The position numbers were made by a program, and so were the translations under genes. Below the pieces are notes generated by a model, which made no database searches, had not been told where the DNA came from, and saw only the letters and a program-made list of their open reading frames with translations. 51,254 nt of DNA from Candidatus Xenobia bacterium (GTDB lineage Bacteria; Vulcanimicrobiota; Xenobia; Xenobiales; QWHO01): assembly GCA_045863235.1 (NCBI GenBank), contig BTUM01000057.1, positions 1 through 51,254 on the forward strand, given 5' to 3'. Below are positions 6,527 to 16,472 of the stretch, one piece after another; position 1 is the first letter of the stretch, and the number at the start of each line of letters is the position of its first letter.

Positions 6527-9500
6527 ATGCGGCTTCGCGCCTTGTTGTTACTCATGCTGATCCTGTGGGGGGCCATGCAGGCCTTCTCGGAAGAGGAGGA
6601 TGAGGCCGTGTCCACCCCCGCTGCCCCTCAGGGCCTTCGCTTTCAACTGAGCGAAGGCGCGCCCGCCGACGGCGGCGCCGACCGCGTGCCCCCGGCCCAG
6701 GCGCGACCCCTCTCGACCTCGGAAGCCGAAGCCGTGCTCAAGCGCATGCCGCCTTTCAAAGTGGCTGGCCAGACCACCGAGTTCGCCCTGCGCGAAAAGT
6801 CCCAGCCGGCTCCTCGCACCGGCAAGACCGTGGAGATGCCCTTCCCGCCCCCACAGGCTCCGGATCGGCCGGCGGTGGCCCCCAAGACGCTGGAGGTGCT
6901 GCGCAAGATCCCCGAAGGCGCGGTGCCGCTCGCTCCCCAGCTCTCGGTGACCTTCAACCAGCCCATGGTGGCGGTGACCTCGCATGCCGAGTTGGCCTCC
7001 CAGACCCCCGTCAAGCTGACCCCGCAGCCTCCGGGCAACTGGCGCTGGGTGGGCACCCAGACCATCCTGTTCGACCCCCGCGGCGGCAGCAGCGTCAAGG
7101 CGCGCTTCCCCATGTCCACCGACTACCGCATCGAGGTGCCGGCGGGCACGAAGTCGGCTTCAGGACAGGCTCTCAGCTCGGCTGTGAGCTGGTCGTTTCA
7201 GACTCCCACCGTCCAGATCGAGTCCAGCTCCCCGAGCAGCGGCCATCCGCAGCCCCTGGACCCGCTGATGCACGTGACCCTCAACCAGGACATCGACCCG
7301 GCCGCCGTGCTGGCCTCCATCAAGCTTTCCGCCGATGGCCAGCCAAGCTTGCCGCTGCGGGCGGCCACCACGGCCGAGATCGAGAAGGCCGGGCTGAAGG
7401 ACCTGCCCGCCAACCGCCGGGTGATCTTCAAGGCGGTCAGTCCCCTGGTGCCGGCCACCAATTATGCCGTCACGATGGGGCCTGGCACCCCTTCCTTGGA
7501 GGGCCCGCTCAAGACCACCTCCGCTCAGACCTTCGGCTTTCGCACCTACGACATGTTCAAAGTGGTGGAGGCGCGCTGCGGCTGGAATGACAACTGCCCG
7601 CCCCTGACCCCCTTCGTGATCGAGTTCAATAACCCGATCGACGTCAAGAAGTTCAAGCCCTCGATGGTCAGTGTCAGCCCCGAGCTGCCGCGCATGAAGA
7701 TCGACGCCTCGGGCGGCACCCTGGTCATCCGGGGCGAGTCCAAGGGCCGCACCACTTACAGCGTGCGCCTCTCCAGCGAGCTTCCGGACAGCTTCGGCCA
7801 GCGGCTGGAAAAGGAAGAGCTGCTCACCTTCAAGGTGGGCTCGGCCAACCCCACCCTGATCAACATCGGCGGGCAACTCGCCGTGCTCGACCCCTATGGT
7901 CCGCCCAGCTACTCGGTGTACTGCATCAACCACCAGAGCCTCAAAGTCAAGATTCACGCCGTTACGCCCGAGGATTGGAGCGAGTTTTCCAAGCGGCTGG
8001 CCAGCGAGACCCATAAGACCCCGTTCGTATCGCCCGGCCAGCGCGTCTTCGACGGCAACGTGCCCACCGGGGCCAGGCCCGACGAGCTGACCGAGGTGCG
8101 CATCGACCTCAAGAGCGCCCTCAAGGAAGGCCGCGGCATGGCCGTGGTGGTGGTCGAGCCGGCCGTGCAGCCCAAGGAGGACTACCGCCGCCAGCGCATC
8201 GTGACCTGGGTTCAGGTCACCGAGCTGGGCCTGGACGCTGCCAACGACGCCACTATCCTGCAGGGGTGGGTCAATTCGCTCAAGGACGGCCAGCCCGTAA
8301 GCGGAGCCAGCCTGACCCTGCTGGACGTGGACGGAAAGCCCGTCGCCAAAGGGGAGACCGGTGCCGATGGCCTGGCCAGGCTGCAACTGGGCGCCAACGC
8401 TCCGCTGCTGGTGGCCCGTAAGGGCGCCGACACGGTCATGCTGCCCCAGCAGGCCAACTACTGGGGCTACGCCAACGGCTGGCGCGCCTCGCCGCAGTCG
8501 GACTCGATCAGCTGGTTCGTGGTGGACGACCGCAAGATGTACCGTCCCGCCGAGACCGTGCACCTCAAGGGCTGGCTGCGCCGCTACGGGGCCGGTCCTA
8601 CCGGCGACGTGAGCCCCCTCAAGGGCGAGGTCACCAAGCTCAGCTACACCGTGGACGACTCGCGGGGCAACGAGATCCTCAAGGGCGAGACGCCGGTCAC
8701 AACCGACGGAGGCTTCGACCTCAAGCTGGATCTGCCCAAAACCCCGAACCTGGGGCACGCCCGGGTGGAGCTATCGGCCTCGCCTGCTTCCGGCTTGAGC
8801 GGCTCGACCTACAGCCACGGTTTCCAGATCCAGGAGTTTCGACGGCCCGAGTTCGAGGTGAGCGCCAGCGCCGACCCCTCGAGCTCGATCGTGGGCAGCT
8901 CGGCGGTGGCCACCGTGGCTGCCAGGTACTACGCCGGCGGAGGCCTGGCCGGGGCGCCGGTGAGCTGGTCGGTGAGCAGCTCGCCCGGCTCCTACACACC
9001 GCCCGGACGCAGCGAGTACAGCTTCGGCACCTGGACCCCCTGGTGGGGCTGGGGCTGGGAAGGGCGCTATTATTCGCGCCCGGGCCACTCCACCTACAAG
9101 AGCTTCCAGGCGGTGACCGATTCGGCCGGGGTGCACCATCTGAAGATGGACTTTCAGGCCATGGAGCCGCCCGCGCCTACGGTGGTGCGGGCCGAAGCCT
9201 CGGTGACGGACGTCAACCGGCAGGCCTGGAACGCCTCCACCTCGGTGCTGGTGCACCCGTCCGACCTGTACCTGGGGCTCAAGACGCCCCGCTCCTTCGT
9301 GGAGAAGGGCCAGCCCATCGAGCTGGAGGTGCTGGCCTGCGACCGTGAGGGCAAGGCTGTGGCCGGGCGCCCCATCGAGGTGCTGGCCTACCGCCAGGAC
9401 TACGAGGTGGTGGAGGGGGAGTACCGCCCCACCCGTACCGATGTGCAGAAGCAGTCGGTCGTCTCCTCATCTGGCGCCCCCAGCAAACTGAGCTTTCAGA

Positions 9501-12496
9501 CGCCGGCTGGAGGCACTTACAAGCTCGAGGTGCGTGGCACCGACGAGCAGGGCCGCGCCAACCTGAGCGAGCTGACGGTCTGGGTGGCCGGCGGCAAGCG
9601 TCCCCCCGAGCGCAAGGTGGAGCAAGAGCAAGTCACCCTGATCCCCAACCAGAAAGAGTTCCGGGCCGGCGATGTGGCCGAGATCCTGGTCCAGGCTCCC
9701 TTCTACCCGGCCGAGGGCGTGATGACCCTGCGCCGCTCTGGGCTGCTCTCCACGAAGACCTTCCGGATGGAAGGACCATCGACGATTCTGAAGGTGCCCA
9801 TCGAGGAGGGCTACGTGCCCAACCTGTACGTGCAGGTGGACCTGGTGGGGGCAGCCGAGCGGCCTCCCTCCAAGCGCCCGGCCTACGCGGTGGGCTCGCT
9901 CAACCTGCCGGTGCCGCCTTACGCGCGCACCTTGAAGGTGGCCGTGCAGCCCGCCCACCCGGCCACCGAGCCGGGGGCCCAGACCTCGCTCGAGGTCAGG
10001 ATCACCGATCCGGCCGGCCAGGGCGTGGCCGGGGCTGAAGTGGCCCTGTTCGTGGTGGACGAGGCGGTGCTGTCTCTGACCGGCTACCAGTTCCCCGACC
10101 CGCTGAACGTGTTCTACGGCCAGCGGGGCGCCGGGGTGAGCGACTTCCATCTGCGCCAGTATGTGCTGCTGGCCGAGCTCGATCAACTGCAGCAGGCGGT
10201 CGAGGAGAAGCAGCGGGACGGCAGAATGAACGGCGGAGTGGTGCCCATGCCCGCCGCTGCTCCTGCAGCCCGGCGGGCCAAGTCGGAGGCGCTCACGTCG
10301 GCCGAGATGGCCGATGACGAAGGTCGAGCCGGCAAGGACAAGGATGCCAGCAGCCCCATCGCCGTGCGCACCGATTTCAACCCTCTGGCCCTGTTCGCGC
10401 CGGTGGTGCGCACCGACGCCTCGGGCAAGGCCAGCGTGCCCTTCAAGTTGCCCGACAACCTGACCCGTTACCGCATCGTGGCCCTGGCCGCGCGCGGGCG
10501 CGATTTCGGAAAGGGCGAGGCGGGCCTGGTGGCGCGCCTGCCCCTGATGGTGCGCCCCTCGCCGCCGCGCTTTGCCAACTTCGGCGACCGCTTCGAGCTG
10601 CCGGTGGTGCTGCAGAACCAGACCGACCGTCCCCTCGAGGTGCAGGTGGCGGCTCGCTCGAGTAACGCCAGCCTCACGGCGGCCACAGGCTACGCCCTCA
10701 AGGTGCCGGCCAACAACCGCCTCGAGGTGCGCTTCCCCACGGCCACCGAGCAGGCCGGACGGGCCGCCTTCCAGGTGGGCGCGGTATCGGGCATCTACGC
10801 CGATGCGGCCGAGTTCAACCTGCCCGTGTGGACCCCCGCCACCAGCGAGGCCTTCGCCACCTACGGCGTCATCGACGAGGGCTCCATCGCCCAGCCGGTC
10901 AAGACGCCCGGCGCGGTTTTCCCCCAGTTCGGCGGACTGGACGTGACCACCACCTCCACCGCCGTCCAGGAGCTGACCGACGCCGTGCTCTACCTGGTGC
11001 GCTATCCCTTCGACTGCTCCGAGCAGGTGTCGTCGCGCTTGCTGGCCATCGCCGCCCTCAAGGACGTGCTCACGGCCTTCAAGACGGCCCAGATGCCCGA
11101 TCCCGCAGCCTTGAAGGCGGGGGTGGACCAGGACATCGAGCGCCTGCGCCTCTTGCAGGCCTATAACGGCGGCTTCGGGTTCTGGAACACCTCCGCGGAG
11201 ACCTGGCCCTACCTAAGCGTGCACGTGGCTCACTCGCTGGTGCGCGCCCGCGAGAAGGGCTTCAAAGTGCCCGACGACATGCTCAACCGCAGCTCGAGCT
11301 ACCTCAAGCAGATCGAGAGCCACATCCCCGGCTGGTACGGCCCCGACGCGCGTCGGGCCATCATCGCCTATGCTCTCTACGTGCGCCATCGCATGAAGGA
11401 CTCCGACTACGCCAAGGCGCGCTGGTTGATCGCCGACGCGGGCGGGGTGGACAAGCTGCCCATGGAGGCGGTGGGCTGGATCCTCTACGTGATGAGCAAA
11501 GACCCTGGCTCGGCCCAGCAGGTGCAGGCCATCCGGGCCTTCCTCAACAACCGCGTGACCGAGACCGCCAGCACGGCTCACTTCGTGACCTCCTACAACG
11601 AGGACAGCGGCTGGCTGGTGCTGGCCTCCGACCGTCGCGTGGACGGCATCATGCTGGAAGCGTTGATCGAGGATCAGCCCAAGAACGACATCATTCCCAA
11701 GCTGGTGCGGGGGCTCTTGAGCCACCGCAAGGCGGGTCACTGGCTCAATACCCAGGAGAACTGCTTCGTGCTGCTGGCCCTGGACCGCTACTTCAACACC
11801 TACGAGAAGATCACGCCCGACTTCGTGGCCCGCGTCTGGCTCGGCGACAAGTTCGCCGGCGAGGCCAAGTTCGCCGGGCGGCAGATCGAGCGCCAGAACA
11901 TCCGCGTGCCCATGAGCTACCTCGAGGGTAAGGGCACCCAGAACCTGATCCTGAGCAAGACCGGGGCGGGACGGCTGTACTACCGACTGGGGATGGAGTA
12001 TGCCCCGCGCAACCTCAAGCTCGATCCGGCCGATCACGGCTTTGCAGTGGAGCGGATCTACGAGGGCGTGGATTCGGAGAAGGACGTCTCTCGCGACGCC
12101 GAGGGAGTGTGGCACGTGAAGGCGGGCTCGCGGGTGAGGGTGCGCCTGACCATGGCCGCCCCCTCGCGGCGCTACCACGTGGCTCTGGTGGATCCGATGC
12201 CGGCCGGGCTGGAGGCCCTCAACCCGGCCCTGGCGGTGACCGGCAGCGTGCCGGCCGACCCCAAGGCCCGAGGCGCCTACTGGTGGTGGATGAGCACCTG
12301 GTACGAGCACCAGAACATGCGAGACGAGCGGGTGGAGGCCTTCGCCTCGCTGCTCTGGGCCGGGGTCTACGAGTACAGCTACGTGGCTCGCGCCACGACG
12401 CCTGGCAACTTCGTGGTTCCGCCGGCCCGGGCCGAGGAGATGTACGCCCCCGAGACGTTCGGGCGCTCGGCCAGCGACCGGGTGATCGTGGAATAG
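6527..12496 (+). CDS. Bacterial alpha-2-macroglobulin family protein
   Basis: 1989 aa with a signal peptide, Ig-like N-terminal domains, DRKMYRPAETVHLKG, VVDEAVL, LPDNLTRYR, thioester motif YPFDCSEQ (~11015), W-NTQEN and C-terminal PARAEEMYAPETFGRS. Confidence 0.95.
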   Translation: MRLRALLLLMLILWGAMQAFSEEEDEAVSTPAAPQGLRFQLSEGAPADGGADRVPPAQARPLSTSEAEAVLKRMPPFKVAGQTTEFALREKSQPAPRTGKTVEMPFPPPQAPDRPAVAPKTLEVLRKIPEGAVPLAPQLSVTFNQPMVAVTSHAELASQTPVKLTPQPPGNWRWVGTQTILFDPRGGSSVKARFPMSTDYRIEVPAGTKSASGQALSSAVSWSFQTPTVQIESSSPSSGHPQPLDPLMHVTLNQDIDPAAVLASIKLSADGQPSLPLRAATTAEIEKAGLKDLPANRRVIFKAVSPLVPATNYAVTMGPGTPSLEGPLKTTSAQTFGFRTYDMFKVVEARCGWNDNCPPLTPFVIEFNNPIDVKKFKPSMVSVSPELPRMKIDASGGTLVIRGESKGRTTYSVRLSSELPDSFGQRLEKEELLTFKVGSANPTLINIGGQLAVLDPYGPPSYSVYCINHQSLKVKIHAVTPEDWSEFSKRLASETHKTPFVSPGQRVFDGNVPTGARPDELTEVRIDLKSALKEGRGMAVVVVEPAVQPKEDYRRQRIVTWVQVTELGLDAANDATILQGWVNSLKDGQPVSGASLTLLDVDGKPVAKGETGADGLARLQLGANAPLLVARKGADTVMLPQQANYWGYANGWRASPQSDSISWFVVDDRKMYRPAETVHLKGWLRRYGAGPTGDVSPLKGEVTKLSYTVDDSRGNEILKGETPVTTDGGFDLKLDLPKTPNLGHARVELSASPASGLSGSTYSHGFQIQEFRRPEFEVSASADPSSSIVGSSAVATVAARYYAGGGLAGAPVSWSVSSSPGSYTPPGRSEYSFGTWTPWWGWGWEGRYYSRPGHSTYKSFQAVTDSAGVHHLKMDFQAMEPPAPTVVRAEASVTDVNRQAWNASTSVLVHPSDLYLGLKTPRSFVEKGQPIELEVLACDREGKAVAGRPIEVLAYRQDYEVVEGEYRPTRTDVQKQSVVSSSGAPSKLSFQTPAGGTYKLEVRGTDEQGRANLSELTVWVAGGKRPPERKVEQEQVTLIPNQKEFRAGDVAEILVQAPFYPAEGVMTLRRSGLLSTKTFRMEGPSTILKVPIEEGYVPNLYVQVDLVGAAERPPSKRPAYAVGSLNLPVPPYARTLKVAVQPAHPATEPGAQTSLEVRITDPAGQGVAGAEVALFVVDEAVLSLTGYQFPDPLNVFYGQRGAGVSDFHLRQYVLLAELDQLQQAVEEKQRDGRMNGGVVPMPAAAPAARRAKSEALTSAEMADDEGRAGKDKDASSPIAVRTDFNPLALFAPVVRTDASGKASVPFKLPDNLTRYRIVALAARGRDFGKGEAGLVARLPLMVRPSPPRFANFGDRFELPVVLQNQTDRPLEVQVAARSSNASLTAATGYALKVPANNRLEVRFPTATEQAGRAAFQVGAVSGIYADAAEFNLPVWTPATSEAFATYGVIDEGSIAQPVKTPGAVFPQFGGLDVTTTSTAVQELTDAVLYLVRYPFDCSEQVSSRLLAIAALKDVLTAFKTAQMPDPAALKAGVDQDIERLRLLQAYNGGFGFWNTSAETWPYLSVHVAHSLVRAREKGFKVPDDMLNRSSSYLKQIESHIPGWYGPDARRAIIAYALYVRHRMKDSDYAKARWLIADAGGVDKLPMEAVGWILYVMSKDPGSAQQVQAIRAFLNNRVTETASTAHFVTSYNEDSGWLVLASDRRVDGIMLEALIEDQPKNDIIPKLVRGLLSHRKAGHWLNTQENCFVLLALDRYFNTYEKITPDFVARVWLGDKFAGEAKFAGRQIERQNIRVPMSYLEGKGTQNLILSKTGAGRLYYRLGMEYAPRNLKLDPADHGFAVERIYEGVDSEKDVSRDAEGVWHVKAGSRVRVRLTMAAPSRRYHVALVDPMPAGLEALNPALAVTGSVPADPKARGAYWWWMSTWYEHQNMRDERVEAFASLLWAGVYEYSYVARATTPGNFVVPPARAEEMYAPETFGRSASDRVIVE

Positions 12497-12497
12497 C

Positions 12498-13460
12498 TCA
12501 GAGGGGGATGGGCAGCCACGGCCGCCTCGGGACGGTGCGGCGGAACTCGTCGATGACGAGGTCCACGTCGCGGCGCGTAGAGGTTTCACGCAAAGCGTCC
12601 AGGTACAGGCAGCGCCGGGCCACTCCATCGACCTCGAAGGCAAAGTAAGTGGACATCAGGGGATTGATGAACAGGGTCTGGCCCCGGGTGCGGTCGAGCA
12701 CGTGGTCGTCGCCAAAACGCCCCAGCCCGGCAGCCGCGATGGAGGTGTTAACGATGCTCTCATTGTCGGGCATACGCTGGAAGATGTACTGGAGAGCCTG
12801 CAGGTAGGCTCGGAACTCGGGCATGCTCGGAAGCAGGGAGAGGCCTCCCAGGAAGGCACCCTGCGCGGTCAGCTCAGCCATGGACTCGAGCACGTAGGCG
12901 TGGCAGACCCCGTGGTATCGGTCGACCCCGAATCCGAGGCACACCAGCAGTCGCACGGGAAGGTCGAGACAGTGGGCGGCAGCCAGGCTGGCAATGTCCT
13001 CATGCGGAGTGCCCAGGCCAGGCTCATCTCCCCGCATGAGGATGTCGCTGCCTCCGTCCACCAACACCAGAGCATCCAGCTCGAGCAGCTTTGCAAGGTG
13101 CCGAAAGATTGACTCCAGCACCCGAACGCCGGCGGCTTTGTAGGCGTACACCGGAGCAGGCTGGCCCCGGGACGCCAGCCATTCTGCAAGGTAGCGCTCG
13201 GGGAAATACTCCTCGACACCTCCACAGTCTCCCAGCACTTCCAGCACGAGCGGAATCTGCTCAATCTCGATCCAGCGACCCCGGGCTCGGCGCAAACTGG
13301 AGAACGAAAGGTTGGCCAGGAAGACTTCCTTCCCCAGCCCTCTGAGGCACTCGTAGAGCGGGAGACCAGCCAGGATATCATAGCCACCGCCTGCCCCGGC
13401 CAGGAGAATCCGTTGACATGAAGACAGGTGATCAAATAGTGGAGGGATGTCGAGCCGCAC
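12498..13460 (-). CDS. DUF1152 family protein
   Basis: Motifs ILLAGAGGGYDI, LANLSFS, LVDGGSDILMRGDEPGLGTPHED, GFGVDRYHGVCH and LFINPLM. Confidence 0.85.
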   Translation of the reverse strand: MRLDIPPLFDHLSSCQRILLAGAGGGYDILAGLPLYECLRGLGKEVFLANLSFSSLRRARGRWIEIEQIPLVLEVLGDCGGVEEYFPERYLAEWLASRGQPAPVYAYKAAGVRVLESIFRHLAKLLELDALVLVDGGSDILMRGDEPGLGTPHEDIASLAAAHCLDLPVRLLVCLGFGVDRYHGVCHAYVLESMAELTAQGAFLGGLSLLPSMPEFRAYLQALQYIFQRMPDNESIVNTSIAAAGLGRFGDDHVLDRTRGQTLFINPLMSTYFAFEVDGVARRCLYLDALRETSTRRDVDLVIDEFRRTVPRRPWLPIPL

Positions 13461-13573
13461 GGGGCGGCTCTTTCGTCAATGTTGGGCGAAGCTCTTGCTG
13501 CACCCGTTCCCGGCGCAAACGAAGGCTTTGCGGGCATGCTGCCCGTAGGCATTCCTCGTCCTGGCGTCGGGCT

Positions 13574-14131
13574 TTAAGCCGAGGCCGCCCCAAGGCCCTG
13601 AGCCCCTCGCTTCTTCAGGCGAACGCCCGGCAAGTGGACCTCTTTATCCGACTCGAAGATGGCGCTGGCGCGCTTGATCCCCTCCCCGAGCCGCCGGACC
13701 TCGTCTTCGGCCTCACCCGCGACGAGCGCTTCGCGGGCCTGGTTGAGCAGGCTCTTCACCTCGCCCACGGCCTTGAGCGAGTGGTCGAGCCTCTTCTGGT
13801 AGAAGGCCCGCTCGCTCTTGTAGACCCGCACCTCCATCAGGTGCTGATACGAGTCGCGCCAGCCTTTGAAGAAGCAGCCGAAGCCAACCAGCGCGGCCAG
13901 ATTGGCTCCGGGCACGCTGAGGCCCACCGCGATGCCCGTCAGCCCGCCGGCTACCCAGAGGCAGGACTTCGTCAGGCTCTTTTTGGCCGTCTTGACGGCC
14001 GCCTCGCAGCTGTTGACCTCGCTGGTGTACATGTCGAGCATTGGCTGCCAGGCTGCGATGTGTAACTCGTGGGCCTGGATGCGGTCGCGCAAGTCATTCG
14101 AGCGAGGAGTGGGGGCTCCGATCTGGATCAT
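13574..14131 (-). CDS. Hypothetical protein with coiled coils and a central hydrophobic hairpin
   Basis: 185-aa ORF; hydrophobic segment CLWVAGGLTGIAVGLSVPGANLAALVGFGCFF. Confidence 0.7.
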   Translation of the reverse strand: MIQIGAPTPRSNDLRDRIQAHELHIAAWQPMLDMYTSEVNSCEAAVKTAKKSLTKSCLWVAGGLTGIAVGLSVPGANLAALVGFGCFFKGWRDSYQHLMEVRVYKSERAFYQKRLDHSLKAVGEVKSLLNQAREALVAGEAEDEVRRLGEGIKRASAIFESDKEVHLPGVRLKKRGAQGLGAASA

Positions 14132-14203
14132 GGTCTGACCTTAGTGGGGCGGGCTGAAAAAGCCCTCACAGGGAGGGCATCAGGCGGAGAGCCGTCTGCA
14201 ATC

Positions 14204-14217
14204 CGAACAAACGTTTG
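14204..14217. promoter_or_regulatory. Gram-positive-type LexA (SOS) box
   Basis: CGAACAAACGTTTG matches CGAACRNRYGTTYG at all positions and is intergenic. Confidence 0.6.
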
Positions 14218-14390
14218 TCCCCCGGGGGGACGAAAACATGCCGAACACTGGACCGCGAGACCGTTGCGAGGAAGGCCATTGTTCGGCTGCAGTTCTGGCC
14301 GCTGTTCGGCAGGCATCAGCGACGACAGGACCCTTTGAGAGGTTTTTCAGACCCTTGAGTTAGGCTGCACGCTGAGAGAGGAGGGGCTCG

Positions 14391-16472
14391 ATGCAGATTG
14401 GAGCAAACGTCCGCGAGCGGCTTTCTCGCAACTTCTCGCTGCAAGAAGGCGGGCAACAGCACTTCTTCAGCCTGGAGCCGGGAGAAGCTGAGTCGCAGCT
14501 GGTGGTGCGGCCCGACTCGCGCATCATCGCCGCCTTCCCGGCTGACAACACGGGGGTGTCCCTCTGGTTCGAGCCGGGTGCCAACGTCACCGCCAAAGCT
14601 CCCCCCAGCTCGCATTCCGGGGACGGCCGTCAGGAGCTCGAGGTGGAGCTGCGCTCTCACAACTCCACCCTGGGCATCTCCGAGGCCATCCTGGGCAGCA
14701 TCCGCACCATCCGCGAGAAGCTCCAGGATACCGGCGAGGTCGAGCGTGTGCGCCGCGAGTCGGCCGCCTTCGCCGAGGCCACCGGGGCGCCCCAGAGCTG
14801 GGTCACCGAAGAGGCCCGCGTCAGCCCCGGCCAGCTGCGTTTCCTGCGCACCGAGCTCGACGGCCGTCCCTACGAGGCCACCCTCAGCCTGCCCCCCGAG
14901 GTGAGCGTGACCCGCGGCCCCCAGGGCTTTCAGCTGCAAGCTCCGGCACCGTTCGATTTCCGCCTCAAGGTTGCGCTGCCGCGCAATCCGCTGGGGGGCT
15001 ATGCTCCCGAGGAGCTCTTCTCGCCCCGGGCCCTGGACCTGGCCGAAAAGCTCGACAAGCAGAGCGATCCCCGCGCCGAACGCTGCCTGTCGTCCATGCA
15101 GAGCCTGATGTTCCTGGCCCGTCAGGATAAGTTCATGGCCGGTTCCTGGCGCTTCATGACCTACTTTGGCCGCGACACGATGCTCAGCCTGATGCTGTTG
15201 CAGCCGGCCATCACCCCGCAGGCCTACGCCGACGGCCTGCAGAGCGTGGTCGACCGGCTGAGCCCCCAGGGGGTGGTGGCCCACGAGGAAGACCTGGGGC
15301 CGTGGGCTGAGCAGCACCGCATCCATCAAGAGCTGGCCACCCCGGCCCTGGCTGCCGGGGGAGGCCTGGCGGCGCTGGCCGCCGGCGCCCGTCAGGAGCC
15401 CATCTACGACTACAAAATGGTCGACGACGACTTCCTCTTGCCCCTGGCCACCGAGCGAATGGACAAAAGCTTCGTCGAGCGCAACCTCGACAAGCTGGCT
15501 GCCAACTGGGATCACGTCCTGACCAGGGCCGAGAGCCAGGAGCGTATCCGCATCCTGGACGGCCTGAACGTGGGCGATTGGCGCGACTCGGAGGAGGGGC
15601 TGGGCTGGGGCAAATACCCCGGCAGCGTGAACGTCGACCTGGTGGCCGCCAGCGTGCGCAGCATCGCGCGCATGGCCGAAGGGCTGGAGCTTTCCCCCGA
15701 GCTGCGGGCCAAAGTGGACAAGAGCGAGCAGATCGCCCAGCGCTGGGACCGCTCCCGCGAGGATTTCCGCGTCAAGCTCACCCCCGACCAGGTGCGCTCG
15801 CGCCTGCAGGACTTCATGGAGAGCGCTCCCCTGAGCCCGGCCGAGACGGCCTTCTACCTGAGCCGCCCGGTGGGGGAGGGGGGTCCCACTCTGGGAGAGT
15901 TCCTGCACCAGGGGGTGGTACCGCCCGCTCTGCAGGACGGCCTCTCCTTCATGGCTCTCTCGCTCGACGAGCATGGCAAGCCGGTGGAGATTCCCAATAC
16001 CGATGGCTCGTTTCGCCTGTTCCTGGGGGATCCGCCCCGAGAGGACGTGGAGGAGATCCTCAAGCTGCTCGAGTTGGAGTATCCCGTGGGCTTGATGACG
16101 GCCGTCGGTCCGGTGGTGGCCAATGCCGCCTACAGTAAGGATCCTGTCCACCACCGAGAGCTCGACCGCCAGGGCTACCACGGAGCGGTGGTCTGGTCGT
16201 GGCAATCGGCCATGCTGCAGGCCGGGCTGGTACGCCAGAAAGAGCGCCATCCGGAGCTGGCTCCCCGCCTGGATGCAGCCATTCGGCGCCTGCAGCAGGC
16301 CGAACACCAGGCCGGACCGCTGGCCACCTCGGAGCTGTGGACCCACGAGGTGGTGGACGGCGAGTGGAAGGCGGCTCCGTGGGGAGGTCAGGCGGCGGCC
16401 GGAGGAGATGAGTCCAACGCCGCCCAGCTCTGGAGCACAGTCTATCCGGCCGTTTTGATGCGCACCGGTTAA
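14391..16472 (+). CDS. Six-hairpin glycosidase / glycogen-debranching-enzyme-like protein
   Basis: RBS GAGGAGG; motifs KFMAGSWRFMTYFGRDT, AHEED, DYKMVDDDFLL, VGDWRDS, YHGAVVWSW and ESNAAQLWS. Confidence 0.7.
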   Translation: MQIGANVRERLSRNFSLQEGGQQHFFSLEPGEAESQLVVRPDSRIIAAFPADNTGVSLWFEPGANVTAKAPPSSHSGDGRQELEVELRSHNSTLGISEAILGSIRTIREKLQDTGEVERVRRESAAFAEATGAPQSWVTEEARVSPGQLRFLRTELDGRPYEATLSLPPEVSVTRGPQGFQLQAPAPFDFRLKVALPRNPLGGYAPEELFSPRALDLAEKLDKQSDPRAERCLSSMQSLMFLARQDKFMAGSWRFMTYFGRDTMLSLMLLQPAITPQAYADGLQSVVDRLSPQGVVAHEEDLGPWAEQHRIHQELATPALAAGGGLAALAAGARQEPIYDYKMVDDDFLLPLATERMDKSFVERNLDKLAANWDHVLTRAESQERIRILDGLNVGDWRDSEEGLGWGKYPGSVNVDLVAASVRSIARMAEGLELSPELRAKVDKSEQIAQRWDRSREDFRVKLTPDQVRSRLQDFMESAPLSPAETAFYLSRPVGEGGPTLGEFLHQGVVPPALQDGLSFMALSLDEHGKPVEIPNTDGSFRLFLGDPPREDVEEILKLLELEYPVGLMTAVGPVVANAAYSKDPVHHRELDRQGYHGAVVWSWQSAMLQAGLVRQKERHPELAPRLDAAIRRLQQAEHQAGPLATSELWTHEVVDGEWKAAPWGGQAAAGGDESNAAQLWSTVYPAVLMRTG

